Below are positions 1 to 6,120 of a stretch of DNA of 64,000 nucleotides, one piece after another. The stretch covers positions 81,499 through 145,498 of the forward strand of contig CAZDPR010000001.1 of assembly GCA_964507625.1 (NCBI GenBank). Reading direction: 5' to 3'. The notes beneath the pieces were generated by a model. The model did not search any database. It was given only the letters and a program-made list of their open reading frames with translations, and was not told the origin of the DNA. This stretch comes from an uncultured Candidatus Saccharibacteria bacterium (lineage in GTDB: Bacteria > Patescibacteriota > Minisyncoccia > Phycocordibacterales > UBA1006). The first letter of the stretch is position 1; the number at the start of each line of letters is the position of its first letter. Both the position numbers and the translations under genes were made by a program.

Positions 1-111
1 AGCAGATTCAAAATATTTGTCAAGTGTTTTCCTATATTGTCTAAAATCTCCAACAACGGTGCTCAATTTATTGAGGACTTTCGATAAAAATTAAATATTC
101 ATTTTGTCAAA

Positions 112-154
112 AATAAGTCTATTATGTTTAAAATAATAGACTTATTTATTTTTA
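112..154 (+). terminator. Intrinsic terminator-like hairpin (AATAAGTCTATTAT...ATAATAGACTTATT) followed by a T-run; it ends the transcript coming in from upstream of the window
   Basis: 14-bp inverted repeat followed by TATTTTT, read directly. Confidence 0.4.
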
Positions 155-223
155 AAAAATACTTATAAAATAATCTTATTTTTGTATTTATTCAAAATAC
201 TTGTCAATTTTTGTTGGAAATAC

Positions 224-252
224 TTGACAAATATTTTGAATTATGCTAACCT
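224..252 (+). promoter_or_regulatory. Extended -10 sigma70-like promoter P1: TTGACA (224-229), 17-nt spacer, TGcTAACCT (244-252). An upstream half-repeat AATACTTGTCAA lies at 196-207
   Basis: Motif read directly. Near-identical architecture recurs at 6598-6626 (TTGACA-17-TGaTAACAT). Confidence 0.5.
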
Positions 253-254
253 AT

Positions 255-660
255 GGGTACGAGCATGGGACAGATCATGTTCGGAGATCGCGAGAGAAAA
301 CAAAACTATCTGTCTCATTCAGGTAGTCACAATCTTCAAGTTAAGTTCCCCCGATATCAGCTCAGCGTACTGATATCAGGAATACTTAACTTGAACTCGA
401 TTTTGTTCTTTTGAGAGCCGGTTTATCGTTACGGCATGTAGGGTAAGTGGATCATAAAGGCTCCTCGAGGCCTCCGATCTGCGAATAGCTTGGGAATTAT
501 CACCCCAAGAGTTACAGGGTATGGTTCTGTGCGCACAGGATCATAAAGAACTCTGACCGACCACAACGATGAGGGGGCAAACGAGCTGATTACTCGTCTC
601 GTCTTGGTAACAAGACAAAATTGCTCCAATCGGAGAAGCGCCAATCGCGCGCTTCTCCTT
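255..660 (+). ncRNA. Candidate structured non-coding RNA (family unassigned), ~50% GC against ~33% background. Several nested hairpins, e.g. 343-391 GTTAAGTTCCCCCGATATCAG...CTGATATCAGGAATACTTAAC, 520-532 CTGTGCGCACAG, 601-616 GTCTTGGTAACAAGAC
   Basis: Sharp local GC jump in an AT-rich genome. Sits immediately downstream of promoter P1 and has no credible ORF. Flows directly into the first conserved cassette module. Confidence 0.35.
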
Positions 661-717
661 TCTATCAGGATCTCGAACTCTTTCGAGGTTCTGTAGAAAG
701 GTTGTTCTTTGAAAAAG
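632..717 (+). repeat. Cassette junction module copy 1: GC hairpin GGAGAAGCGCC...GGCGCTTCTCC plus T-run, conserved hairpin ATCTCGAA-CTCT-TTCGAGGT (670-689), CUGUAGAAA, GTTCTTTGAAAAAG (704-717)
   Basis: Recurrent module aligned by eye across 8 copies. Arms of the conserved hairpin show compensatory substitutions and position-conserved U-G wobbles on the + strand. Confidence 0.7.
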
Positions 718-768
718 TTTGGTTTGGTTATTTTAGTTTCTTTATGGAGATTAAAATAACCAAACCAG
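718..768 (+). repeat. Long perfect hairpin (17-bp stem TGGTTTGGTTATTTTAG/TTAAAATAACCAAACCA) directly 3' of GTTCTTTGAAAAAG. Homologous, with covariation, to the hairpin at 5683-5737
   Basis: Perfect inverted repeat. Compensatory changes relative to 5683-5737 (G->A paired with C->T; TTTTAG/TTAAAA -> TTTCAG/TTGAAA). Confidence 0.6.
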
Positions 769-982
769 AGACCTGATTGCTTTTTGCACAGGCCTCTCTC
801 TTCTCTTTTTTCTCATGCGTGCTTGGACAAACCCTAAGACTAGTCGTAGAACCTGAGGTCATATAAAACTTCATGATATCAGTGACTAGTATAGGAAGCC
901 GTAACTAGATTGATAAAATCTAGTGAAAACTAAATATATTTACTTGTTGAGTGAATACATTTAGATGTTTGTCCAAATCTTG

Positions 983-1095
983 CCAAGAATGAATTGTTAG
1001 TGTTTGTTAAACACGTATAATAACAGTTCATTCTTGGAAACAAGATTTTTTTATCAGGGTCTCAAATTTATTTGAGGTTCTGTAGAAAAATTCAT
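983..1095 (+). repeat. Cassette junction module copy 2 (divergent): hairpin CCAAGAATGAA...TTCATTCTTGG plus T-run, then conserved hairpin variant GTCTCAAAT-TTA-TTTGAGGT (1059-1077) and CUGUAGAAAAA
   Basis: The CGAA/TTCG to CAAA/TTTG double substitution preserves pairing, which is strong evidence for selection on RNA structure. Confidence 0.6.
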
Positions 1096-1119
1096 TTTCA
1101 AAAATTAAATAAACATAAA

Positions 1120-1398
1120 ATGAAAAACTTTAAAGGATTAACCGGTAGTGATGCAAAATTAGAGTTTGCATTGTGTGTATTACATGCAATACCTAATCAG
1201 AACACTGAGGAAATTACTCAGTTATGTCAAGAGGCTCGTGAAGCGGAGATTATTCCAGATCTTGATTTGGAAAAATTGAAAGCTGAAGCACTTGAGATTC
1301 TCCCAACTGCACAATTTTTTTACCCTACTGGTAAAGAAGCAGAAATGAGAAGGTTTCAAGATTTCCGAGACCGTATCCTTGCAATGGCAATGGAATAA
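1120..1398 (+). CDS. Hypothetical small cassette protein (93 aa from MKNFKGLTG...). The tracked ORF start at 1072 lies inside the conserved hairpin, so I moved the start to the ATG at 1120
   Basis: ORF track 1072..1398, internal ATG chosen. No recognisable domain. Confidence 0.4.
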   Translation: MKNFKGLTGSDAKLEFALCVLHAIPNQNTEEITQLCQEAREAEIIPDLDLEKLKAEALEILPTAQFFYPTGKEAEMRRFQDFRDRILAMAME

Positions 1399-1429
1399 AG
1401 GGTAGGTGATTCTAAAAAATCTACCCCTC

Positions 1430-1591
1430 ATACTCCGTTACCCCGTAAGGTAACTCCTCGCATTGGTGGCTAACAAAAATGTGGAGTATCTGTGGCACCT
1501 CTGATTACATCAGAAAAGCCACACCTGTCCTGGAATGTACTATTCCAGCTGATGAGTCCAAAAGGACGAAACAGGGTGTTCTTTGAAAAAG
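1430..1591 (+). repeat. Cassette junction module copy 3 (hammerhead variant): conserved stem UACUCC[GUUACC-CCGUAA-GGUAAC]...GGAGUA, hammerhead ribozyme, then GTTCTTTGAAAAAG (1578-1591)
   Basis: Block shared with 5540-5682. Same downstream motif and hairpin as the other modules. Confidence 0.7.
1520..1579 (+). ncRNA. Hammerhead ribozyme, type III topology. Stem III 5' strand CACCUGU, cleavage triplet GUC (1527-1529, predicted cut after 1529), stem I CUGGAAU-GUACU-AUUCCAG, core CUGAUGAG, stem II UCC-AAAA-GGA, then CGAAAC plus stem III 3' strand AGGGUG
   Basis: All invariant hammerhead core nucleotides (CUGAUGA, GAAA, GUC) are present in the correct order, with three helices of proper polarity. 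The second copy at 5610-5669 differs only in the stem I loop. Confidence 0.8.
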
Positions 1592-1593
1592 AG

Positions 1594-1647
1594 ATTGGTT
1601 TGATGAATTCAGTTTTTTCTGAAAATTGAATTCATCAAACCAAACGA
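1594..1647 (+). repeat. Long perfect hairpin (18-bp stem TTGGTTTGATGAATTCAG/TTGAATTCATCAAACCAA) immediately 5' of the next cassette ORF
   Basis: Perfect inverted repeat read directly. Same position as the hairpins at 718 and 5683. Confidence 0.55.
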
Positions 1648-1649
1648 TC

Positions 1650-1907
1650 ATGAAATATTTAATATTTGCAGCCTTGTCAACATTACTGTCTATCGGCGCT
1701 CTGATGACTTTTTCTCAAACAGATGAAAAATTCTCTCTGATATTTGGGGTTATATTTGGCGCAATGTCGATCAGTTGGTTGGTTAACTTTTATTACGACC
1801 GTAAAATAAATCGTCGTAATAAAAAAAGAATTAGCTTTGCTAATTCTTTTTTTATTGTGCTTGTTGCCAAAAATTTTCAAAAATCGTTACAAAAAATTCA
1901 TATATAG
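1650..1907 (+). CDS. Hypothetical small membrane protein (two predicted TM helices). Start moved to the MKYLIF ATG at 1650
   Basis: ORF track 1626..1907, hydrophobic stretches. The 3' end overlaps the convergent TrmB gene. Confidence 0.3.
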   Translation: MKYLIFAALSTLLSIGALMTFSQTDEKFSLIFGVIFGAMSISWLVNFYYDRKINRRNKKRISFANSFFIVLVAKNFQKSLQKIHI

Positions 1908-2628
1908 ATTTATTGGTAATAATAACAGATCTCAAACCTTTATCCCAAATGGTTATAGAAACATGATTTTTCCAAATTGAAATATTGAGGTTCGGGTTAA
2001 ATAGTGACTGGGGTAATGTACGGATCTCGCGTAACTTTGTTTTAGATCTCTTCTTCTCCTCCGCTGCTAATGGAGAATCTGACATAATCATACGAGCAGT
2101 AATATTCTTTTTTCTACGGAGATCGCCATAAGTCTTTAAACGTTCTCGAGCAACCGTAAATGTTTCTGTTGCCCCCGAAAAACGTAACACCTCGCCATAT
2201 TTTTCTTGTTCCAACGATCTAAAAAAAGTTTCTACAAAACCATCTTCACCTTCGAGATGTTCGACGTCAATTTGCTCGGAATTACCTCGTAAAGCAAAAA
2301 AGGCGCGCAGTTCAGGGAGAATGAGGTCAATCTCTAATTTCTTTTTAGTAACCAGGGCTTCCTCGTGTTCTATAAAATTTTTTAATTTTTCTGGCTTTTC
2401 AACATAAACCATTCGACGTTTACCAATAGTAGTTGTTCCCAGAACCCCTCGCTCAACGAGTTGCTCAATAGCAAGATGGATGGTAGACCGGGGAAGACCG
2501 GTTCCTTTTGCAATATCGGCAATATTTGAGAAACCATTTTTAAACAAGTAGAAAATACTTTGTTGTTCAGCAAAGTCAAAACCGATTTCTTTAAGAGAAT
2601 CTTTTAATTTTTTTGGTATTTCAATCAT
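1852..2628 (-). CDS. TrmB-family winged-HTH transcriptional regulator
   Basis: N-terminal HTH (FYLFKNGFSNIADIAKGTGLPRSTIHLAIEQLVERGVL) typical of the TrmB family. It is the only minus-strand gene inside the cassette array. Confidence 0.55.
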   Translation of the reverse strand: MIEIPKKLKDSLKEIGFDFAEQQSIFYLFKNGFSNIADIAKGTGLPRSTIHLAIEQLVERGVLGTTTIGKRRMVYVEKPEKLKNFIEHEEALVTKKKLEIDLILPELRAFFALRGNSEQIDVEHLEGEDGFVETFFRSLEQEKYGEVLRFSGATETFTVARERLKTYGDLRRKKNITARMIMSDSPLAAEEKKRSKTKLREIRTLPQSLFNPNLNISIWKNHVSITIWDKGLRSVIITNKSIYEFFVTIFENFWQQAQ

Positions 2629-2672
2629 GCTGTAAGTATAGCATTTTTATTTTAAAATGACAAATATTTTTG

Positions 2673-2704
2673 ACATTTATTAAAAATACATATAAATATC
2701 AATA
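2673..2704 (+). promoter_or_regulatory. Promoter-like TTGACA-17-TAAATA in the divergent AT-rich intergenic region between the TrmB gene and ORF 2750
   Basis: Motif read directly. Confidence 0.3.
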
Positions 2705-2749
2705 AAATAAATACTTTTTTAAAAAAGTATAACAAAAATCGTTGTTAAA

Positions 2750-2998
2750 ATGCTTGACTTATTAAAACTATTATGCTACAATGTTTTTAAGAAGATGAGG
2801 AATAACTATCCGCGAGATCCTGATTCTGTTGCTCTTTGTGAACTATTCGAAAGGAATATCCCCAGCATCATTTATAAAACGGAGATGGTGTTTGGAATAT
2901 TCCTTTCGAGGAGAAAGATTGGAAAGGCAGGTCCCTCTGCCGGTTCGGGAATTCCATGGACAGTTTTGAGCGTGCCACCGTTCAGACTCTTCGAGTAA
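2750..2998 (+). CDS. Hypothetical protein (82 aa)
   Basis: ORF track only. Confidence 0.25.
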   Translation: MLDLLKLLCYNVFKKMRNNYPRDPDSVALCELFERNIPSIIYKTEMVFGIFLSRRKIGKAGPSAGSGIPWTVLSVPPFRLFE

Positions 2999-3153
2999 TT
3001 ATTTGTTTTTACGAATAAGAACTTGATGTTGGTTTTTCAAACAAAATGGGCGGGTGAAGCAGTTCTGGTGGACGGAATCCTAGTATGGAAATTGGTAAAG
3101 GATTACGGTTAAGAAATCGTTCTCTTTTATTAAAGACCATAGTAAAGCTTCGG

Positions 3154-3244
3154 GAGAAGTGGGTGTTTTTAACAACCACTTCTCCTTTCTATCAGGATCT
3201 TAAATTTGTTTGAGGTTCTGTAGAAATATTTGTTCTTTGAAAAG
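3154..3244 (+). repeat. Cassette junction module copy 4: GGAGAAGTGG...CCACTTCTCC hairpin plus T-run, conserved hairpin ATCTTAAAT-TTG-TTTGAGGT (two U-G wobbles), CUGUAGAAA, GTTCTTTGAAAAG
   Basis: Alignment with the other copies. The arm substitutions here are tolerated only as RNA wobbles, which fixes the functional strand as +. Confidence 0.7.
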
Positions 3245-3317
3245 AGATGAAGTGAATATCTTGGATATTACCTTTTTAAACGTTTGTGTAGTATCCAGTA
3301 TATTCACTTCATCTTTA
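3241..3317 (+). repeat. Long hairpin (AGATGAAGTGAATAT...ATATTCACTTCATCT) 5' of the small ORF at 3330
   Basis: 15-bp perfect stem read directly. Confidence 0.5.
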
Positions 3318-3329
3318 AACCCATAAACT

Positions 3330-3488
3330 ATGTCCCAAAGGGAAGCACTTAAAGTAGCAGATATGTTGTTGGCCAAAAAAGGATTTAATCCTGACGGCAC
3401 CCCAAAAGGTAAGGGGCGGAAAAAGTCTCAGTCGTTCTTCGAAAGGAGGATGATCAAGACTGTCCCTATGGGTGGAAAGGTACGATAA
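3330..3488 (+). CDS. Small basic ORF (52 aa, MSQREALKVADMLLAKKGF...). Not in the ORF track because it is under 60 aa
   Basis: Correct cassette position just after the hairpin. Translated by hand. Confidence 0.2.
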   Translation: MSQREALKVADMLLAKKGFNPDGTPKGKGRKKSQSFFERRMIKTVPMGGKVR

Positions 3489-3695
3489 ACCTTTCCACCT
3501 GCATCCCTTGCAGGTTTTGACAGAGTCAAAGGGAAAATTCTAATCATCAGATCGATGTCGTTGTTGTCTATCCGTTTTACGAAAGTAAATGGTGAGCCAC
3601 AGGGAGCAGAACCTGATGAAATCATAACCAGTACGGTTGTGATCTTTATCCAAATCATGAAGCAGTTCGTGGTTTGGTAGAGAAACAGTCAAAAA

Positions 3696-3747
3696 ATGAG
3701 TTTGGTGAAATGAGGTAATTCTAGAAGCCTCACTTCACCAAACTCAC
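3696..3747 (+). repeat. Long perfect hairpin (ATGAGTTTGGTGAAATGAGG...CCTCACTTCACCAAACTCAC) ending 6 nt before the start codon at 3753
   Basis: 20-bp stem read directly. Confidence 0.5.
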
Positions 3748-3752
3748 TCACT

Positions 3753-4055
3753 ATGACTAATATGTTCGTTTCATTATCAGGATGGCAAACAGGTCGCGAA
3801 ATCGTGGAACACGATGGAAAACTGTATTTTGAGGTGGCAGAACAAGGCCACTGCAGTATCTGTCAGTCGAGGATTGATCACGTACGTGCCGTAGTTGCAC
3901 GCAAGAAATTGCAGGTAACTTATGGTCATTTACTAGATCGATTTCCGCGCGATGCACGCACCCTGTGGGTAGGATTAGAGAAACCGAAGTCAGAGATGAA
4001 TAGCGGGGAGGTGAAAGCCTTTTTCCGCGAAAACTTAGAACTTCCGATACTCTAA
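3753..4055 (+). CDS. Hypothetical cassette protein (100 aa). A C-x2-C motif suggests a possible small zinc-binding fold
   Basis: ORF track. Followed immediately by the conserved 3' element at 4070. Confidence 0.4.
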   Translation: MTNMFVSLSGWQTGREIVEHDGKLYFEVAEQGHCSICQSRIDHVRAVVARKKLQVTYGHLLDRFPRDARTLWVGLEKPKSEMNSGEVKAFFRENLELPIL

Positions 4056-4069
4056 CTTGTCGTATGTCT

Positions 4070-4260
4070 CCGGACCGGTTTCACACTACCCAATAGTACG
4101 GGTAGCCGGTTGGCAACAGAAAGTAAGTAATGCCTGCTGTGAAGCATGTATATACTGAAAAAGTGAAGCGGAGAAGTGAATGCTAAAACATTCACTTCTC
4201 ATTTTTATCAGGATCTCGAACTCATTCGAGGTTCTGTAGAAATATTTGTTCTTTGAAAAG
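4070..4260 (+). repeat. Cassette junction module copy 5, full length: 3' element CCGGACCGG..CTACCC-AATAGTAC-GGGTAG-CCGGTTGGCAACAG, terminator hairpin GAGAAGTGAATGC...TCACTTCTC plus T5, conserved hairpin ATCTCGAA-CTCA-TTCGAGGT, CUGUAGAAA, GTTCTTTGAAAAG
   Basis: Over 90% identical to 4684-4874. The 5' 55 nt also match 5404-5459. Confidence 0.75.
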
Positions 4261-4261
4261 A

Positions 4262-4312
4262 GTTTAATTGGTTACATAAGTTTTTTATGAAGATTTATGT
4301 AACCAATTAAAC
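4262..4312 (+). repeat. Long perfect hairpin (GTTTAATTGGTTACATAA...TTATGTAACCAATTAAAC) ending 10 nt before the ATG at 4323
   Basis: 18-bp stem read directly. Confidence 0.5.
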
Positions 4313-4322
4313 AAATAACACC

Positions 4323-4676
4323 ATGTCAGCTTTAAACATACATACACTGATTATTCTGAGAACACAATTTTCTAACCGATTTGAAGGTCCTAAGCCTGCG
4401 TCCCTTACCTATAGTGCAGTTTATTATGGAAATGATAGGGCATATGTTGAATATTACAATGAGAATCTTGTTGATGAAGTGGCTACACAGTGTGATTTTT
4501 GGGAGTGCGTAAACAGATATTGCGAAGAGTTTTTTATTAATGTTAAGGTTCTGGATGAGGTAGATGAAAAAGAAAAAATTGAAGAACATTTAACAAAATT
4601 AATAACTGACAAGATCGTGAAATTAGCCGGTAGACCACTCGGATCATCATTTCGAAATATTAATAAAGATTCTTAA
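4323..4676 (+). CDS. Hypothetical cassette protein (117 aa)
   Basis: ORF track. Flanked by modules on both sides. Confidence 0.4.
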   Translation: MSALNIHTLIILRTQFSNRFEGPKPASLTYSAVYYGNDRAYVEYYNENLVDEVATQCDFWECVNRYCEEFFINVKVLDEVDEKEKIEEHLTKLITDKIVKLAGRPLGSSFRNINKDS

Positions 4677-4683
4677 TACAATT

Positions 4684-4874
4684 CCGGACCGGTCTCACAC
4701 TACCCAATAGCAAGGGTAGCCGGTTGGCAACAGAAAGTAAGTAATACCTGCTGCGAAGCATGTATATACTGAAAAAGTGAAGCGGAGAAGTGAATGCTAA
4801 AGCACTCACTTCTCATTTTTATCAGGATCTCGAACTCATTCGAGGTTCTGTAGAAAGACTTGTTCCTTAAAAAG
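4684..4874 (+). repeat. Cassette junction module copy 6 (full length, near-identical to copy 5)
   Basis: Direct comparison with 4070-4260. Confidence 0.75.
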
Positions 4875-4963
4875 AGAACGAAAGCAGCTAGCAACTTATT
4901 AGATCCGGTTGATAAAACCCCACGATAAGGCGTGGAAAACTGGCATTCAGCTGGTCCGGAATT

Positions 4964-5395
4964 TTGCTTATGGAGAATATTATTCTTAATAAGACGGAGG
5001 ATTCTTCTTTCATCACTATCTCTAAAGACTTCATACCTCGATTGACTTACTTTGTTGTCAAAACATGGGACAGTTATTGGGGTGGTTATCATGAGGTCGG
5101 AGTGAAAACTCTTACCTTAATGGATAAGGATTGTGGTGTTACTCTAAAAGATCTCAAAAAGGCTATTTCGAGAAGAGGATTAGGTGCAAAGATTGTAAAA
5201 GAAAGTCATTCACATAATGGCGATGAACAATCTTTTTACTGGTCTCTTAAGGAGTGGTTCCCTGTCTATAAGATAGGTAATGAGTATTATGTCTATGCTT
5301 TTGACAAAGCTCAGTTTGGTGGTGTTGGAATTACTTTTCAACATGTAAACCATCGGGTAGCGGAAGAGCTGGATATTTTAGAGCAATTTTACTAG
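4964..5395 (+). CDS. Hypothetical cassette protein (143 aa)
   Basis: ORF track. Confidence 0.4.
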   Translation: MLMENIILNKTEDSSFITISKDFIPRLTYFVVKTWDSYWGGYHEVGVKTLTLMDKDCGVTLKDLKKAISRRGLGAKIVKESHSHNGDEQSFYWSLKEWFPVYKIGNEYYVYAFDKAQFGGVGITFQHVNHRVAEELDILEQFY

Positions 5396-5403
5396 AAGAT
5401 CCT

Positions 5404-5682
5404 CCGGACCGGTTTCACACTACCCAATAGCACGGGTAGCCGGTTGGCAACAGAAAGTACCTTGCTTGCGAGGGAAAAAGTGAAAAGGGAATCAGGTTGT
5501 GCCCTCAATAAGGAAAGACAACCACCATATATTGCTCCGTTACCCCGTAAGGTAACTCCTCGCATTGGTGACTAACAAAAATGTGGAGTAAGCGGACGTT
5601 GAACAACATCCGCACCTGTCCTGGAATGGAGTATTCCAGCTGATGAGTCCAAAAGGACGAAACAGGGTGTTCTTTGAAAAAG
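5404..5682 (+). repeat. Cassette junction module copy 7 (hammerhead variant): 3' element CCGGACCGG...GGCAACAG, then divergent linker, conserved UGCUCC[GUUACC-CCGUAA-GGUAAC]...GGAGUA block, hammerhead, GTTCTTTGAAAAAG (5669-5682)
   Basis: Shares its 5' part with copies 5 and 6 and its 3' part with copy 3. Confidence 0.7.
5610..5669 (+). ncRNA. Hammerhead ribozyme, type III, second copy. GUC at 5618-5620 (predicted cut after 5620), stem I CUGGAAU-GGAGU-AUUCCAG, CUGAUGAG, UCC-AAAA-GGA, CGAAAC-AGGGUG
   Basis: Identical core to 1520-1579. Only the stem I loop (GGAGU versus GUACU) and the distal stem III differ. Confidence 0.8.
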
Positions 5683-5737
5683 TTTGATTTGGTTATTTCA
5701 GTTTCTGTATGGAAATTGAAATAACCAAATCAAATGA
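5683..5737 (+). repeat. Long perfect hairpin (TTTGATTTGGTTATTTCAG...TTGAAATAACCAAATCAAA). A covarying homolog of the 718-768 hairpin
   Basis: 19-bp stem. Paired compensatory substitutions relative to copy 1. Confidence 0.6.
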
Positions 5738-6031
5738 ATATGAGTATTAAGCGCGCACGAGATCGTATTTGCCGAAAGGCATAGAGATTATCAAAAATCA
5801 CCCTTACACTCTTAAGGTTTTGTCATTGACATGAGTATTGGGTTTTGTCCCCATCTTACCTAAAAGATGGAGAGCCATGAAAAAGCAGATTTTCATATGA
5901 GTAAACATATTAAAAAATCCACCAAATTGTTGTGTACAGGCGTTTGGTTGGCAGGAGTTATTTTTTTATTTATTCCACGCGGAGCCAGAGTCTCTGTCGG
6001 GTTTATTTAAAAAAAAAGATGTTCTGTCATT

Positions 6032-6120
6032 GAGAAGTGTTTGCCTGGGTGAACACTTCTCTTTTCTATCAGGATCTCGAACCACTTCGAGGTTCTGCAG
6101 AAATAGTTGTTCTTTAAATC
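6032..6120 (+). repeat. Cassette junction module copy 8: GAGAAGTGTT...AACACTTCTC hairpin plus T-run, conserved hairpin ATCTCGAA-CCAC-TTCGAGGT, CUGCAGAAA, GTTCTTTAAATC
   Basis: Alignment with the other copies. Confidence 0.65.

Noticed and set aside
429-644. Minus-strand 71-aa ORF inside the GC-rich region
   Set aside because: It lies wholly within a region whose hairpins and palindromes indicate structured RNA. No start context or terminator. GC richness alone generates the open frame.
250-660. Possible glmS ribozyme, tmRNA, RNase P RNA or SRP RNA
   Set aside because: Short matches (GGTTTATCG, AGCGCCA) to glmS are in the wrong order. No tRNA-like T-arm for tmRNA. No GGAAAGTCCGG or ACAGAACCCGGCTTA blocks of RNase P. 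No SRP domain IV motif. Left as unclassified.
1072-1119. N-terminal 16 codons of tracked ORF 1072..1398
   Set aside because: They overlap the conserved RNA hairpin (MRFCRK reads straight through GAGGTTCTGTAGAAA). The start was moved to the ATG at 1120.
4200-4245. Conserved hairpin as a degenerate hammerhead (CUGUAGAAA resembles CUGAUGA...GAAA)
   Set aside because: No stem II between CUGUAGA and GAAA and no GUH cleavage triplet in register. It cannot form the three-way junction. Treated as a distinct element.
632-6120. CRISPR array or integron cassette array
   Set aside because: Repeats are 90-280 nt, internally structured and irregularly spaced (350-1200 bp). There are no cas genes and no short identical direct repeats. 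No tyrosine recombinase (intI) is present, and the junctions lack the RYYYAAC/GTTRRRY attC cores. Cassette-like modularity is real but the mechanism is not that of a classical integron.
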